From positions 38,905-102,904 of the forward strand of contig JAFGGG010000021.1 in assembly GCA_016930675.1 (NCBI GenBank): 64,000 bases of DNA, read 5' to 3'. Source of the DNA: Spirochaetales bacterium. Its GTDB lineage: Bacteria; Spirochaetota; Spirochaetia; SZUA-6; RPPD01. The notes below the pieces were generated by a model, which made no database searches, was not told the origin of the DNA, and saw nothing but the letters and a program-made list of their open reading frames with translations. How positions within the stretch are numbered: position 1 is the first letter of the stretch; the number at the start of each line of letters is the position of its first letter. Position numbers and translations under genes: made by a program. This document shows positions 37,325 to 48,049 of the stretch, piece by piece.

Positions 37325-38431
37325 GTGAAATATGATGTGCTTATCGCCGGAGCAGGATTAGCCGGCAGTACCGCAGCCCGGCTGCTCGCGGAAAACAACA
37401 AAAAGGTACTCATAGTGGAACGGTTAAATCATATTGCCGGCCACTGTTACGACTTTAAGAACAAACACGGAATAACTGTCCATAAATACGGTCCTCATAT
37501 CTTACATACCGATATGGCGGAAGTATGGGAATTCTTAAAACGATTTACGCAAATAAGACCGTACGAGCATAGGGTGCTAAGCTCGGTAAACGGCATGCTC
37601 TTACCTTTTCCCATCAATCGGGATACGATTGCACGGCTCTATGATATTGACATTCCATGCGAGCAGGTAAAAGATTTTTTGAAGCAGGAAGTCGGCAAGG
37701 CGCGTTTTTCGGATCCGCCGCGTAACTTCAGAGACCAGGTAGTATCGCAGGTCGGACAAAGACTTTATGATACCTTTTACAGAAACTATACGATCAAACA
37801 GTGGCAGAAGAAACCCGAGCAACTGTCCGCTGAAATCGCGGCGCGTATCCCGGTACGTGATAATACGGACGACCGCTACTTTGCGGATGAATATCAAGGC
37901 ATCCCCCTTCCGGGATATACCGCTCTGGCAAAGAATATGCTCGATCATCCCAATATCACTGTTGAACTTGCCACGGATTTTTTTAAAGTAACCGATCATG
38001 TGGAGCGGGATATTACGGTTTTTACAGGACTTTTGGATCAGTACTTTCATTTTAAATACGGTAAACTGGAATACCGCTCTTTGAAACTGGTTTTCGATTC
38101 ATTCTCGCAGGAATACTATCAGCCCGCGGCAGTGGTCAACTACCCAAACGAGCATGAGTGGACTCGTATCACCGAATTTAAATATTTTACAGGTGAATCA
38201 TCGCCGTACACCACAGTCTGTTTCGAATATCCCAAAGATCACGGAGAACCCTATTACGTGGTGGTAAACCGGGAAAACACCCGTAAAAGAAACAAATACA
38301 TGAAAGAAGTGGAAAATTTAGAAAAGCAGGGATCATGCTTTTTCATAGGCAGACTTGCGGAGTACAAATATTACAATATGGATCAGGTAATCGCCGCTGC
38401 CATGAAAAAAGTGGATAAAATCCTATCCTGA
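37325..38431 (+). CDS. glf: UDP-galactopyranose mutase
   Basis: FAD Rossmann motif VKYDVLIAGAGLAGS and Glf-like conserved blocks. The preferred start is GTG at 37325, after an ACGAGG RBS. The track start at 37211 adds 38 unrelated residues. Confidence 0.8.
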   Translation: MKYDVLIAGAGLAGSTAARLLAENNKKVLIVERLNHIAGHCYDFKNKHGITVHKYGPHILHTDMAEVWEFLKRFTQIRPYEHRVLSSVNGMLLPFPINRDTIARLYDIDIPCEQVKDFLKQEVGKARFSDPPRNFRDQVVSQVGQRLYDTFYRNYTIKQWQKKPEQLSAEIAARIPVRDNTDDRYFADEYQGIPLPGYTALAKNMLDHPNITVELATDFFKVTDHVERDITVFTGLLDQYFHFKYGKLEYRSLKLVFDSFSQEYYQPAAVVNYPNEHEWTRITEFKYFTGESSPYTTVCFEYPKDHGEPYYVVVNRENTRKRNKYMKEVENLEKQGSCFFIGRLAEYKYYNMDQVIAAAMKKVDKILS

Positions 38432-38480
38432 TATTAGTGATTCATTGATATGGCCTTTTAATACAAATTGATTTTGTCGT

Positions 38481-41400
38481 TTATCCACTAAATGCTACTA
38501 CTCTGTCTCCTCCGAGTATCAATGTATTACCATGACACTTCGGACAGGTTATATTTTCAAGAGAGTTAGCCTTTTCACAGCAAAAACCACAATTTTTACA
38601 TATTACACTTTTTGCTTTATATAATGCAATGTCTGCCATTTTAATCAAAAGCGAGCCAATCTCAATTTTATATTTTCCTATTCTTTCCCAATCCACATCA
38701 GCTGGTTTTTTTATTTCATAGATGCTTTTAAGAGTATCTATTTTCAGCATATCACATATATACTGTGCATTGTCTTTTAATGAGGCTACACCAAAACTCG
38801 CGGACATTGCTATTTTTCTTTTTTCATATTTTATGTCATACTTTTTTATTTTTTCTTTCAGTGTTTGAGCAACAATCAGGGCTTGTTTTAGATTAGTATC
38901 CGGTAATATTATCAGAAATTCATCACCACCGTATCTTCCGGCTTGATCATATTGTCTTATCGATGAAGTCACCAGTTTTCCGACGGTCGTGAGTATTTTA
39001 TCTCCCGCCTGATGATCAAACGTATCGTTATGAATTTTAAACGAATCAATATCAAAAAATATTACCGATACATCTCTATACCTTCGAACGGACAGCTCAT
39101 GACTCAAATTATTAAAAATAACTCGTCTGGTATAGAGGCCGGTCAATTCATCTATCATTGCCAGTTGAAATATTTTTAAATATTCAAAATACTGTTTTAA
39201 ATGCTGTTCAACTGTTAATAGGAGATCCTTTTCATCAATTGGTTTCGTTAAATAAGCAGAAGCACCTTTTTCTCTCCGCTCTATCATAATTTTATCATCA
39301 GCAATGGCTGATAAAAATATAAATGGTATATATCTAAATTTTGGATTATTTAATATTTCATCATGAAATTTATCACCTTTCATATGAGGCATATTAAAGT
39401 CGCATAATATTAAATCTGGAGAATATTCATATACAGCATCAAGCCCTTGTTTACCGTCTGTGGCAAGAATGAAGTTTACATAGTCATAATTAATCAGATA
39501 ATTCATTACAATCTTTCTGATACTTGTATCATCATCAATAATCAATATTTTAGCTTTTTTATAATTAAATTCATTTTCTTTATTTAACTCCCTAAAGTTG
39601 ATTACAATCTCCTGTCGCTCCAACTTCTTCTGTAAATCGTACTCGATAATTACTTTTTCTTCCTTATATTTTTTTAAAGGTGGCTCTACCCTTAAAAAAT
39701 CTTTTTCATTAAATATATCTCTCCCTTTTTTAAGCTCAATAATAAATTGAGCACCCTTGCCTTCTCCTTCTGATTCAGCCCAGATCCGACCTTTCATGTA
39801 TTCAATAAGCTGTTTTGCATATGACAAGCCGATTCCCGTTCCTCTAAACACTTTTATATTTCCACTATTATGCGCCTGTTCAAATCTGTTAAAAATAACA
39901 CGCAATTTATCTTTTGCTATGCCGATGCCATTATCAGTAACTCTTATTCTTATGGTGTTCTTCTGCTCTGTCAGTTCCACAGTTATGACACCCTTCTCCG
40001 GATCGACAAATTTAATTGCATTTGACATAATATTATGAATAACTTCATCGAATTTCTCTATATCCGTATAAAGATTTTTAATTTCATAATCAGGCAATTT
40101 TCTTAATATTTTAATACCGCTTCCCACAACCGATGATGAATAAAAATTGATTACACTGTTAAGCAAAGATATAATATTTACCCTACTTACGTTTAATGTA
40201 ATACCGTGTGCGTCTATCTTGGCGAGATCTAGCAACCTGTCTATTGATTTCCTTAACCGCAAAGATGCGGAATAGATAGTATTATAATTTTCCTGATTTT
40301 CTTCCGGGCTTTGTTTATCAAATTTTAAAGCCAAATCAGTAGTGTTCAAAATGGCCGTTAATGGCGATCTAAAATCATGTGTTATGTTGGCGATAAAATC
40401 ATTTTTCAAAACATCAAGTTCTCTTAATTTTTGATTTGCCTGCTCCAATTCTTCCTTTGCCTTTTCTAAATTAATCGTCCGTTCTTTTACCTTGATCTCC
40501 AACTCTTCCGAATACTGTTTTATTTCATTTATAAGTTCTATACTTCTTAAAGCGCTGCTTATTTGAACCGACAGGGATTCATAGATTGCGCCATCCATAA
40601 AACCTATTTCAAAGATGACGAAACCAATTTGAATATCCTTATAGAATAATGCCATTACAAGAAATGAGAATCTTTTTTCAATTTTAGCCAATATATTGGC
40701 TAAAAGCTCATCAGCTTTACCTGTTTTAAACACATCAGGAATTGTATTATTTTCATTTTTGTAGAATAATAGCTTAGCGTCTTTTCTTTTGTCATACGTA
40801 TCAGTATAGGCGCACATATAATAACTATTAATCCCCAGCTTAGGAAAAACTTCAGATAATGTGTTTATTAATATATTTATATCAAAAATAGAAATAAGTC
40901 TTTCGTTTACCTGATATAATACTAAAATCTGATTCCTATAACTGACTTTTATATCTAATTTTAAATGATCAATCATTTCTCCGATACTGACAAGGGATGT
41001 GCTGTAAAGTTTTTCAAGATAGCGTCTCTCACTAGTGTTAATATAATCATAAAGCGTACTAAATACCTTGGAAATTATTTTATACCAGCCATATACATCC
41101 ATGCCTTCGTGTATCCCTTGTAGGATTATGTTCTGCAGTCGATCAAAAAATCTGGAATCCGACTTCTCCTTAATACTGGTTAATGTTGCTTCTATGAGAT
41201 CTTTTGCCCATTTGATTCTTTTTTCTTTGCTTATCAAGCTGACACAATGGACTTCGATTTCATTTTCAATCGCATTTATGATTGATTTCTTCTCTTCAGG
41301 CGATGATAAGTGTTTTTTTATTAGTTTTTTTGTTTGTTTATTGTAAATGGCATATTCAAATATCCTACTACACCCGCAAGACTGTTGAATGATCACTTTT

Positions 41401-42236
41401 GTGGGTAAAATCTGCTTTTCCGGAACGCTTTCATTATTAATCAGGGATAAAAGGGTTTTGAATGCGGTTATTCCGATATCATATTTTGGCTGACTGACTG
41501 TTGTCAATTTTGGAAATACAGTCCTGCTTGATTCGTTATAATCGAACCCTGTAACAGCAACATCATCAGGTATTTTAAGATTTAACTTTTTTATATCATT
41601 CATTATTCTTATAGCCATATAATCATTTGAAGCGACAATGGCATCATATTTTAGTTTTTTACTAAAAAATTCTGAAAACCCTTTGGCATAAGCTCCGTCT
41701 TGGAAGTCCCCATCTATAATCAGATCCTTATTAAAATCTATATTATACTCGCGCAAGACTTCTTTATATGCTTCATACCTTAACGCAGATTCCTGACTAT
41801 TTTGAGGACCGCAGATAAAAGCAATATCTTTGTAACCGTGCACTTCAATAAGATGAACCAATAACTTTTTCATACCGGTTTTGTTATCAACAAGGATACA
41901 CGGGGAATTTTCGATATCAACACCAATATTTACAATGGGAAGAGGAGAAAATTTTTGAATAAAATTCTTTAATTCATTAATACCGGTATATTGAAATATT
42001 TGATTTGATAACAGAATGAGACCATCGATTTTCTTTTTATTGATTAAATCATAAATAGGATTTCTTTGATATTCAAGATAGAGTTCAGCCTTAATTGATC
42101 CGCCTATAAAGCATGCTACATTAATATCATGCTTTTCTGCCTCTGCAACCACAGCCGACCAGATAGTGACACTATATTCGTCAAATAATTGAGTTGTTAA
42201 AAATCCTATTGTCGGCCGGCGATTTTTTCTTTCCAC
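38481..42236 (-). CDS. Giant multidomain sensor: periplasmic-binding-protein (LacI/PBP1-like) domain + histidine kinase + receiver + GGDEF diguanylate cyclase + C-terminal Zn-ribbon
   Basis: 1251 aa with HisKA (ITHDFRSP), HATPase and REC domains and a GGDEF motif (RYGGDEF). C-terminal CKNCGFCC…CPKCHG. The gene body is ~25-27% GC. Confidence 0.8.
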   Translation of the reverse strand: MERKNRRPTIGFLTTQLFDEYSVTIWSAVVAEAEKHDINVACFIGGSIKAELYLEYQRNPIYDLINKKKIDGLILLSNQIFQYTGINELKNFIQKFSPLPIVNIGVDIENSPCILVDNKTGMKKLLVHLIEVHGYKDIAFICGPQNSQESALRYEAYKEVLREYNIDFNKDLIIDGDFQDGAYAKGFSEFFSKKLKYDAIVASNDYMAIRIMNDIKKLNLKIPDDVAVTGFDYNESSRTVFPKLTTVSQPKYDIGITAFKTLLSLINNESVPEKQILPTKVIIQQSCGCSRIFEYAIYNKQTKKLIKKHLSSPEEKKSIINAIENEIEVHCVSLISKEKRIKWAKDLIEATLTSIKEKSDSRFFDRLQNIILQGIHEGMDVYGWYKIISKVFSTLYDYINTSERRYLEKLYSTSLVSIGEMIDHLKLDIKVSYRNQILVLYQVNERLISIFDINILINTLSEVFPKLGINSYYMCAYTDTYDKRKDAKLLFYKNENNTIPDVFKTGKADELLANILAKIEKRFSFLVMALFYKDIQIGFVIFEIGFMDGAIYESLSVQISSALRSIELINEIKQYSEELEIKVKERTINLEKAKEELEQANQKLRELDVLKNDFIANITHDFRSPLTAILNTTDLALKFDKQSPEENQENYNTIYSASLRLRKSIDRLLDLAKIDAHGITLNVSRVNIISLLNSVINFYSSSVVGSGIKILRKLPDYEIKNLYTDIEKFDEVIHNIMSNAIKFVDPEKGVITVELTEQKNTIRIRVTDNGIGIAKDKLRVIFNRFEQAHNSGNIKVFRGTGIGLSYAKQLIEYMKGRIWAESEGEGKGAQFIIELKKGRDIFNEKDFLRVEPPLKKYKEEKVIIEYDLQKKLERQEIVINFRELNKENEFNYKKAKILIIDDDTSIRKIVMNYLINYDYVNFILATDGKQGLDAVYEYSPDLILCDFNMPHMKGDKFHDEILNNPKFRYIPFIFLSAIADDKIMIERREKGASAYLTKPIDEKDLLLTVEQHLKQYFEYLKIFQLAMIDELTGLYTRRVIFNNLSHELSVRRYRDVSVIFFDIDSFKIHNDTFDHQAGDKILTTVGKLVTSSIRQYDQAGRYGGDEFLIILPDTNLKQALIVAQTLKEKIKKYDIKYEKRKIAMSASFGVASLKDNAQYICDMLKIDTLKSIYEIKKPADVDWERIGKYKIEIGSLLIKMADIALYKAKSVICKNCGFCCEKANSLENITCPKCHGNTLILGGDRVVAFSG

Positions 42237-42395
42237 AGATTATCCCGCTCCTTAGCTACAAAAAACTAAACTTAAGAGTTTCCTTAAAAAGATGGTCTTT
42301 ATGTATAAGCATATGAAATAATGTTATAGAAGTCAAAAAATAATATTTTGTTAGCTTTTTATTTAAATTTAATACCTATTCACTTTCTAATCTTC

Positions 42396-42890
42396 TCAGC
42401 ATTTTACATTGCTTAAACTACCTTCCAAGTTGAGCAGGAACTTTTTCTTATCCACTCCGCCGCTGTACCCGCCTATTCTCCCTGAGTTCATGATTACTCT
42501 GTGACACGGTACGGCGATGGCAACAGGATTAGCACCAACCGCGCTGCCCACAGCCCGGTAACTGTAAGGATTATTTATTTTTTTGGCCAGATCCGAATAG
42601 CTGATAAGCTGGCCATAGGGAATAGTTTGTAAAGCCAACCAAACCTGTTTCTGAAAACGAGTACCGTCAAATATGTATTTAAGATCAAAATGAGTTCTCT
42701 GCTTACTAAAATATTCATTTAATTGTTTTTTTAGGAAATCACAGCAGCCGTGCGCGGGCAAATACCGGATCCTGTCTGCAAAGCGTTCTCGCCTTCCAAA
42801 ACCTATAGCATGTACCCGCTCCCTGTTATCAACACACAACCAAAGGTCACCGATCTTCGTTTTCATTGTATCCCAAAACAAATCCTGCAT
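42396..42890 (-). CDS. ogt: Methylated-DNA--protein-cysteine methyltransferase
   Basis: PCHRV active-site motif and HTH (…VPCHRVIMNSG…). Confidence 0.85.
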   Translation of the reverse strand: MQDLFWDTMKTKIGDLWLCVDNRERVHAIGFGRRERFADRIRYLPAHGCCDFLKKQLNEYFSKQRTHFDLKYIFDGTRFQKQVWLALQTIPYGQLISYSDLAKKINNPYSYRAVGSAVGANPVAIAVPCHRVIMNSGRIGGYSGGVDKKKFLLNLEGSLSNVKC

Positions 42891-42900
42891 ATTTTTTACT

Positions 42901-43986
42901 TTAAAATATATACTCTAAGCCCAGAAGCAGCGCCACATCTCCCTCCCTGTCCCAGCCAAACACATCATCCTCATCACCAAGCTGTACAGCAACCGTTGCC
43001 AGTATATTCAGACCCTGATAAATATTATAGGTACAACCGAAAGAGATAACAGCAGAAGCATCGATCGGTGAAATAATGGAACGTAGCTGAAAACTTAAAA
43101 AGTCATCCGGCGCGTAATCAATTTCAGGATAGAGAAGAAGGCCGTACTTAGTATCTTCATCCGCGGCTTCCACCTCCTCCCATGAGCCAAACGGACGCAG
43201 CGCCCCCTCCATGCGTACCGTCCAAGTCCCTGCTTCGTCAGTAGAGAAGATATGCATCAACCCAAACGAAACCGTAAAACCGTCCTCGATATCCTCCGGC
43301 GTGGCGTCCTCTGCGGGCAGCTGCAGGGCGGCCGAAAGCTGCAGATCGAAAAACAGATTGCCCTGAAAACTCACATATGGATGGTGTAATGCCTGATCAG
43401 CTTTGAATAAGTATCCGCCTTCTATCTTTATGCCCCACAGTTTGGTTACAATCCTCCCTCCAGCCCGCATGTCATGTACTGAATTGAGTATTTCCGCGCT
43501 CTGCGATCCTGGTGCATAGGGAAGCACAATTGCTTCTATGTGAGAAAACTGTCCCAGCGGCACATACAGATCTACAAGCCAGGCTGTTTCATCACGCAGT
43601 ATCGCCTCGCTTAAATCGGCAATCGGATCCATACTGCCGAAAATTACGTCTCCCGCATTGAATAGAAATCCTTCTCCCCATGACTCTCTTGTCTTTCCGG
43701 CCGTGATTCTGAAACCGGGAAAACGAACTTTAACAAAAGCGCGTTTTACATCCGGCATAATAGCTTCGGTTACAATAGTATCCAACTCCAGTTGTGCCCG
43801 CACATCGGGATTTCCCACAGAATCAAAATTCAGCGCGGTCTTACCTACTTCGTAGATAACAAACTCCTGATTTTCGTCCCTGGTCAGCCCGGATAGAGCG
43901 GTAATCTCAACGGAGGTCACCACCTCAGCGTATACGGCTTGAACGAAAAGGAGAATCAATAAAAAAAAGCAGCATATGTTTTTCAA
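42901..43986 (-). CDS. Predicted outer-membrane beta-barrel protein (signal peptide, C-terminal Phe)
   Basis: Signal peptide, alternating amphipathic beta pattern, terminal …LGLEYIF. Confidence 0.5.
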   Translation of the reverse strand: MKNICCFFLLILLFVQAVYAEVVTSVEITALSGLTRDENQEFVIYEVGKTALNFDSVGNPDVRAQLELDTIVTEAIMPDVKRAFVKVRFPGFRITAGKTRESWGEGFLFNAGDVIFGSMDPIADLSEAILRDETAWLVDLYVPLGQFSHIEAIVLPYAPGSQSAEILNSVHDMRAGGRIVTKLWGIKIEGGYLFKADQALHHPYVSFQGNLFFDLQLSAALQLPAEDATPEDIEDGFTVSFGLMHIFSTDEAGTWTVRMEGALRPFGSWEEVEAADEDTKYGLLLYPEIDYAPDDFLSFQLRSIISPIDASAVISFGCTYNIYQGLNILATVAVQLGDEDDVFGWDREGDVALLLGLEYIF

Positions 43987-44738
43987 AACGACAACCTCTC
44001 CAAAGAAAACTCATCGGGCCGAAGAGCAACATTAATTCTCAGGTTTTCAATAATAAAGCGGGTCTGGCTGTTTTTTTGTAGTTTATCGATCATATTAAAC
44101 TGTACGGGCACATACTTCCCGCTTATTCTTTCAACACGCTCCACAACAAGCTCTTTTAAAGCCCTGCCGGAAAGCGATTTGTAAACCGCCCTGCGCACCA
44201 CAAAATTACTGCTGTCGATCCACAATTCCTGTTCCGGGTAAGCCACACTACGCTTTCCTTTTAATTTCAGATGGTAGCAGGAATAGCTGGTTCCTGATAT
44301 TTCGATCTGTACCGGTGTTGTCTCGATAAAAGATACCGTATAGAGGTCCAGGAGCCCTTTCTCGCCGGTTAAATCTTCATACGAAAAGGAAGAACCCATC
44401 ACCGACTCTTTAAGTGCCCCGCCCTGCAGCCGCAGCAGTCCTTCGGCATCAGGAAAATAGAGATAAATCTCGTCTTTAAGCCGCAGAATTTTCTGTCCCC
44501 GCTCTTCAATATTGGTAAAGGTGAGAAGCATATTATCCTCACCCTGGGCTACGGCCTCAAAGGTTTTCTGCTGCGTGCCAAAGCGGTTGGTAATGATCAT
44601 TTTTCCCGTACTCTTGGACGTGTCATGCACCTGGTTATACTCGGCGTTTTTAATAATCTGTTCCGGAGTAATTTGCGCAAAAAGTATAGAGGGCGTTAAA
44701 ACCGCCCAGATCATCATATAAAAAAATATTCTTTTCAT
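43983..44738 (-). CDS. LolA-like outer-membrane lipoprotein-sorting protein
   Basis: Signal peptide MKRIFFYMMIWAVLTPSILFA, ~250 aa, in an operon with the ABC/FtsX genes. The track start at 44759 is also possible. Confidence 0.55.
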   Translation of the reverse strand: MKRIFFYMMIWAVLTPSILFAQITPEQIIKNAEYNQVHDTSKSTGKMIITNRFGTQQKTFEAVAQGEDNMLLTFTNIEERGQKILRLKDEIYLYFPDAEGLLRLQGGALKESVMGSSFSYEDLTGEKGLLDLYTVSFIETTPVQIEISGTSYSCYHLKLKGKRSVAYPEQELWIDSSNFVVRRAVYKSLSGRALKELVVERVERISGKYVPVQFNMIDKLQKNSQTRFIIENLRINVALRPDEFSLERLSF

Positions 44739-44761
44739 ATCAACACCTCCTAAAAACAATC

Positions 44762-46069
44762 TTACGTTGACCGCAACGCTTCTACGGGCTCAATTCTAGC
44801 CGCTTTTATGGTGGGTATAAATGACGCCAATGAAGCCACCACCACCGAATAGATGAAAGTAAAAACCACGGAGCGAATATTAAGTCTTAAAACGATTACT
44901 GTGGCTATATCAAAATCCAAACCCTCAAATGCCTGCGTCATATCCAGTTTCCCAAGCGCGGTTGCCAAACCGGCACCCACTATAACCCCTAGAAAAGAGG
45001 CGATAACACTCATAAAAAAGGCTTCCAGAAAAAACAACAGCATGATCTGACGACCGGTCATACCCATAGCGGCAATCGTTCCAATTTCTTTCATGCGCTC
45101 GTAAATAATCATCATGATGGTATTTATAATAACCGAGGTCCCCAGAATAAAAAATAAAAAGGCAATCAGGTTATATGATATATCAGCCATCTGCAGCCAG
45201 GCGTACCACGCCGAAGCATCGGTCCATGAGGTCACAACAAGTCCTTCATAATCTTTTGCAGGCGGCTGCGCCGGATCGTACAGGATACTCGGTATATTCG
45301 CCTGATTAAGAGCGGCTGTAATCTTCTCCGCTTTGCTTTTAATGTCATCGGGATTCTTAAGTATTATTAAAATTTCGATTGCCGACTTTTTTTCTTGTAC
45401 ATCCATGCGCAAAAGACTGCTTACGTCATCAAGCGGCATGAGAAACAGATTCTTGTTTACCGTAGCCACGGGAAACTCCACGATACCCGACACGCGCACG
45501 TTTCTGCTGTTGAATCCCAAACCGCCCATGGTCTGGGCAATAAACAGATCGAAAGTATCGCCCACTTCAGCCTTAAGATCATGCGCGAGGCCTATTGTAA
45601 GCAGTATTTCATTGTGTTCCGGTAAGCTGCCGCCTTTTTTAAGGTATATATTTAAATCCTGAAACTGATCTTCTGTTGTAAAATCTACTCCCAACCCGCG
45701 GGCATCAAACTCCTTTTTATACACACCATATGTATCCTTGTCCACACCAAAACGCGCTCCGAACTGAATTCGCGGGGAGAGCATATCAACCTGCTCGACA
45801 CTGTTCAATACTTTTAATACCTGCTTGTAGTCTTTAATATTGTACTGAAGGGGATTCAGAAGTTCATTGCGTTCATAATCCGCGTTGCGGATGCGGATGT
45901 GGCCGGTTGTAAATTTAATCACTGTGTTTCTCTGGTCGTATTTTAAACCTTCAAGCAGGGAAAACATGAAGACAATTACCAGGGCGGCTACCGCGATGGC
46001 GGTCATGGTGAGTAACGTACGTCGTTTGTTTCTCCAAATATTTCTGAAGGCAATTTCAGTTAATCTCAT
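44762..46069 (-). CDS. ABC transporter permease, FtsX/MacB family
   Basis: N-terminal TM, large periplasmic domain, C-terminal 3-TM FtsX domain. Confidence 0.8.
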   Translation of the reverse strand: MRLTEIAFRNIWRNKRRTLLTMTAIAVAALVIVFMFSLLEGLKYDQRNTVIKFTTGHIRIRNADYERNELLNPLQYNIKDYKQVLKVLNSVEQVDMLSPRIQFGARFGVDKDTYGVYKKEFDARGLGVDFTTEDQFQDLNIYLKKGGSLPEHNEILLTIGLAHDLKAEVGDTFDLFIAQTMGGLGFNSRNVRVSGIVEFPVATVNKNLFLMPLDDVSSLLRMDVQEKKSAIEILIILKNPDDIKSKAEKITAALNQANIPSILYDPAQPPAKDYEGLVVTSWTDASAWYAWLQMADISYNLIAFLFFILGTSVIINTIMMIIYERMKEIGTIAAMGMTGRQIMLLFFLEAFFMSVIASFLGVIVGAGLATALGKLDMTQAFEGLDFDIATVIVLRLNIRSVVFTFIYSVVVASLASFIPTIKAARIEPVEALRST

Positions 46070-46079
46070 GATTCACCCC

Positions 46080-47357
46080 CTATTTATCACGCAGACATTC
46101 GGTAATCTGCATTCTTACGGCCCTCAGTGCGGGTATAAACGATACCAAACCCGATATGATAATACCCATAAAAAAGGCCGAAAGCATGGTATCGAAATTC
46201 CACCAGCCTTTAAAAACTCCGGCGGTACGGTAGCCGATATTGCCCATACCTTGGATCATACCGCTAAAATCCAGCCCCCATATTACCATATAAGCAGTGA
46301 GCAGTATGCCCAACACAAGCCCCACCAGCGAACCGACAAAACCTATGCCGGTAGCCTCCAGAAAAAAGGCCCACACAATCGCTCTGTCCTTCATGCCCAT
46401 GGCTCTCATCATACCTATTTCTTTTACCCGCTCAAACACCGCCATAAGCATGGTGTTTGATATACCGATGACCGCGATAATAAAAAACAAAAACAGAATA
46501 ATTTTGGAACCTCCACTTTTAGTGGACGCCAGCATGATGAACTCCCGCGCAAGCTCTTTATAATCCAGCACCTCCCAATCACCCGCTCCCGGAAGCCCTG
46601 CAATGGCCGCTTTAATCTTCTCTACCTCGCTTCCAGAATCCGCCCCTGCAGGGAAATTGACAATAACATCTGTGGCGCCTTGTCCTCGCATAAGCCGCTG
46701 TTTGGCGTAATCAAGCGGAATAAAGGCCATACCTTTATTGATGAGGGGATTGGGTGTGCTTAAAAGCCCCACAACCTTCAGTTCGAGGTCGTCCCAGGAA
46801 CCCGCTTCACCGTACACATCACCGGCGGTCTTGGTGGTGACCAACACCCAATCATCAAGTTTAATATCCAAATCTTCAGCCAGATCTTTGCCGATTATTA
46901 TTTCAGGTTCCCCTGATTCCAAAAACCTCCCGTTTTCCGGCACAATACCATCCTCCAGTTTGAACACCACACCATCGGTCTTTGCATCTATGGCAGCCAT
47001 TTTAATTTGAAAGGAGCCTTCCTGTTGTTCCAAATTCATAATATTTCCGAGGAAAGAAATACGTTGGGTGGATTCGTAGCCCTCTTTTTTTAGTTCCGCC
47101 TGAATGGCCGCGGGATCTTCCAGATAATAAGAGATGAGCATGTAGTCTTTCTCTTCCCAATATTTTTTCTGCATAATACGTGCAGGCCCGGTTTCAAAGT
47201 AAATCAGATTGCGTACAGTCTCCATCTCGGCACCTAAAAGCAGGGCATCTATCCAGATATACAGTGCTATACCAATCGCAATGGCCACCGCCGTAATAAT
47301 GGTTCTTCTCCTGTAACGGGAGAGATTTTTCCAGGCAAGTGAAATTAGAAACTTCAT
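46080..47357 (-). CDS. ABC transporter permease, FtsX/MacB family (paralog)
   Basis: Same architecture as the preceding gene. Confidence 0.8.
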   Translation of the reverse strand: MKFLISLAWKNLSRYRRRTIITAVAIAIGIALYIWIDALLLGAEMETVRNLIYFETGPARIMQKKYWEEKDYMLISYYLEDPAAIQAELKKEGYESTQRISFLGNIMNLEQQEGSFQIKMAAIDAKTDGVVFKLEDGIVPENGRFLESGEPEIIIGKDLAEDLDIKLDDWVLVTTKTAGDVYGEAGSWDDLELKVVGLLSTPNPLINKGMAFIPLDYAKQRLMRGQGATDVIVNFPAGADSGSEVEKIKAAIAGLPGAGDWEVLDYKELAREFIMLASTKSGGSKIILFLFFIIAVIGISNTMLMAVFERVKEIGMMRAMGMKDRAIVWAFFLEATGIGFVGSLVGLVLGILLTAYMVIWGLDFSGMIQGMGNIGYRTAGVFKGWWNFDTMLSAFFMGIIISGLVSFIPALRAVRMQITECLRDK

Positions 47358-48049
47358 TTTCCGCCCCCTTTGCCTACCCCGTTTTTAGCGATTAATCCGT
47401 CATGCAGCTGCACCAGTCTGTGAGCAAAATCCATGACCATGGAGTCGTGAGTGGAAAAGATAAACGTGGTCTTATGTTTCTTGTTGAGTTCTTCCATCAG
47501 CTTAAGAATATCCTTCCCGGTATTGGAATCCAGGTTTGCCGTGGGCTCATCTGCCAAAACAATCCCCGGATCCTTTACAAGAGCTCTGGCAATGGCCACA
47601 CGCTGCTGCTGTCCGCCAGAAAGCTCGTTGGGAAAACGCTTTTCCAAACCCTTAAGTCCGACCTCTTCCATGATCTGCATGCTCTTCTTTTGCACGGTGT
47701 CGCTATCCAAACCGAGTAATGAAAGCGCGAAAGACACATTCTCGATAGCTGTAAGCACGGGTATAAGATTGAATGATTGAAACACAAAGCCCAACTTTTC
47801 ACGCCGTAACAAGGCCAGTTCGTTTTTACTCCTGCCGGATACGGCCTGACCGTCTATATAGATCTCTCCTGCCGACGCAGTATCCAGGCAGCCGATAAGA
47901 TTGAGCAGGGTTGTTTTGCCCGAACCGGAAGGCCCGGCGATAGACATGAACTCGCCCTGTTCCACATCGATAGTCACTCCGCGCAGGGCGTGGACCACCA
48001 CCTTGCCTATTGTGTAATCTTTTTTCACATTATCTGCCTTAACCATCAC
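47354..48049 (-). CDS. ABC transporter ATP-binding protein (LolD/MacB-NBD-like)
   Basis: Walker A GPSGSGKTT, signature LSGGQQQRVAIARAL, Walker B LADEPT. Confidence 0.9.
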   Translation of the reverse strand: MMVKADNVKKDYTIGKVVVHALRGVTIDVEQGEFMSIAGPSGSGKTTLLNLIGCLDTASAGEIYIDGQAVSGRSKNELALLRREKLGFVFQSFNLIPVLTAIENVSFALSLLGLDSDTVQKKSMQIMEEVGLKGLEKRFPNELSGGQQQRVAIARALVKDPGIVLADEPTANLDSNTGKDILKLMEELNKKHKTTFIFSTHDSMVMDFAHRLVQLHDGLIAKNGVGKGGGK

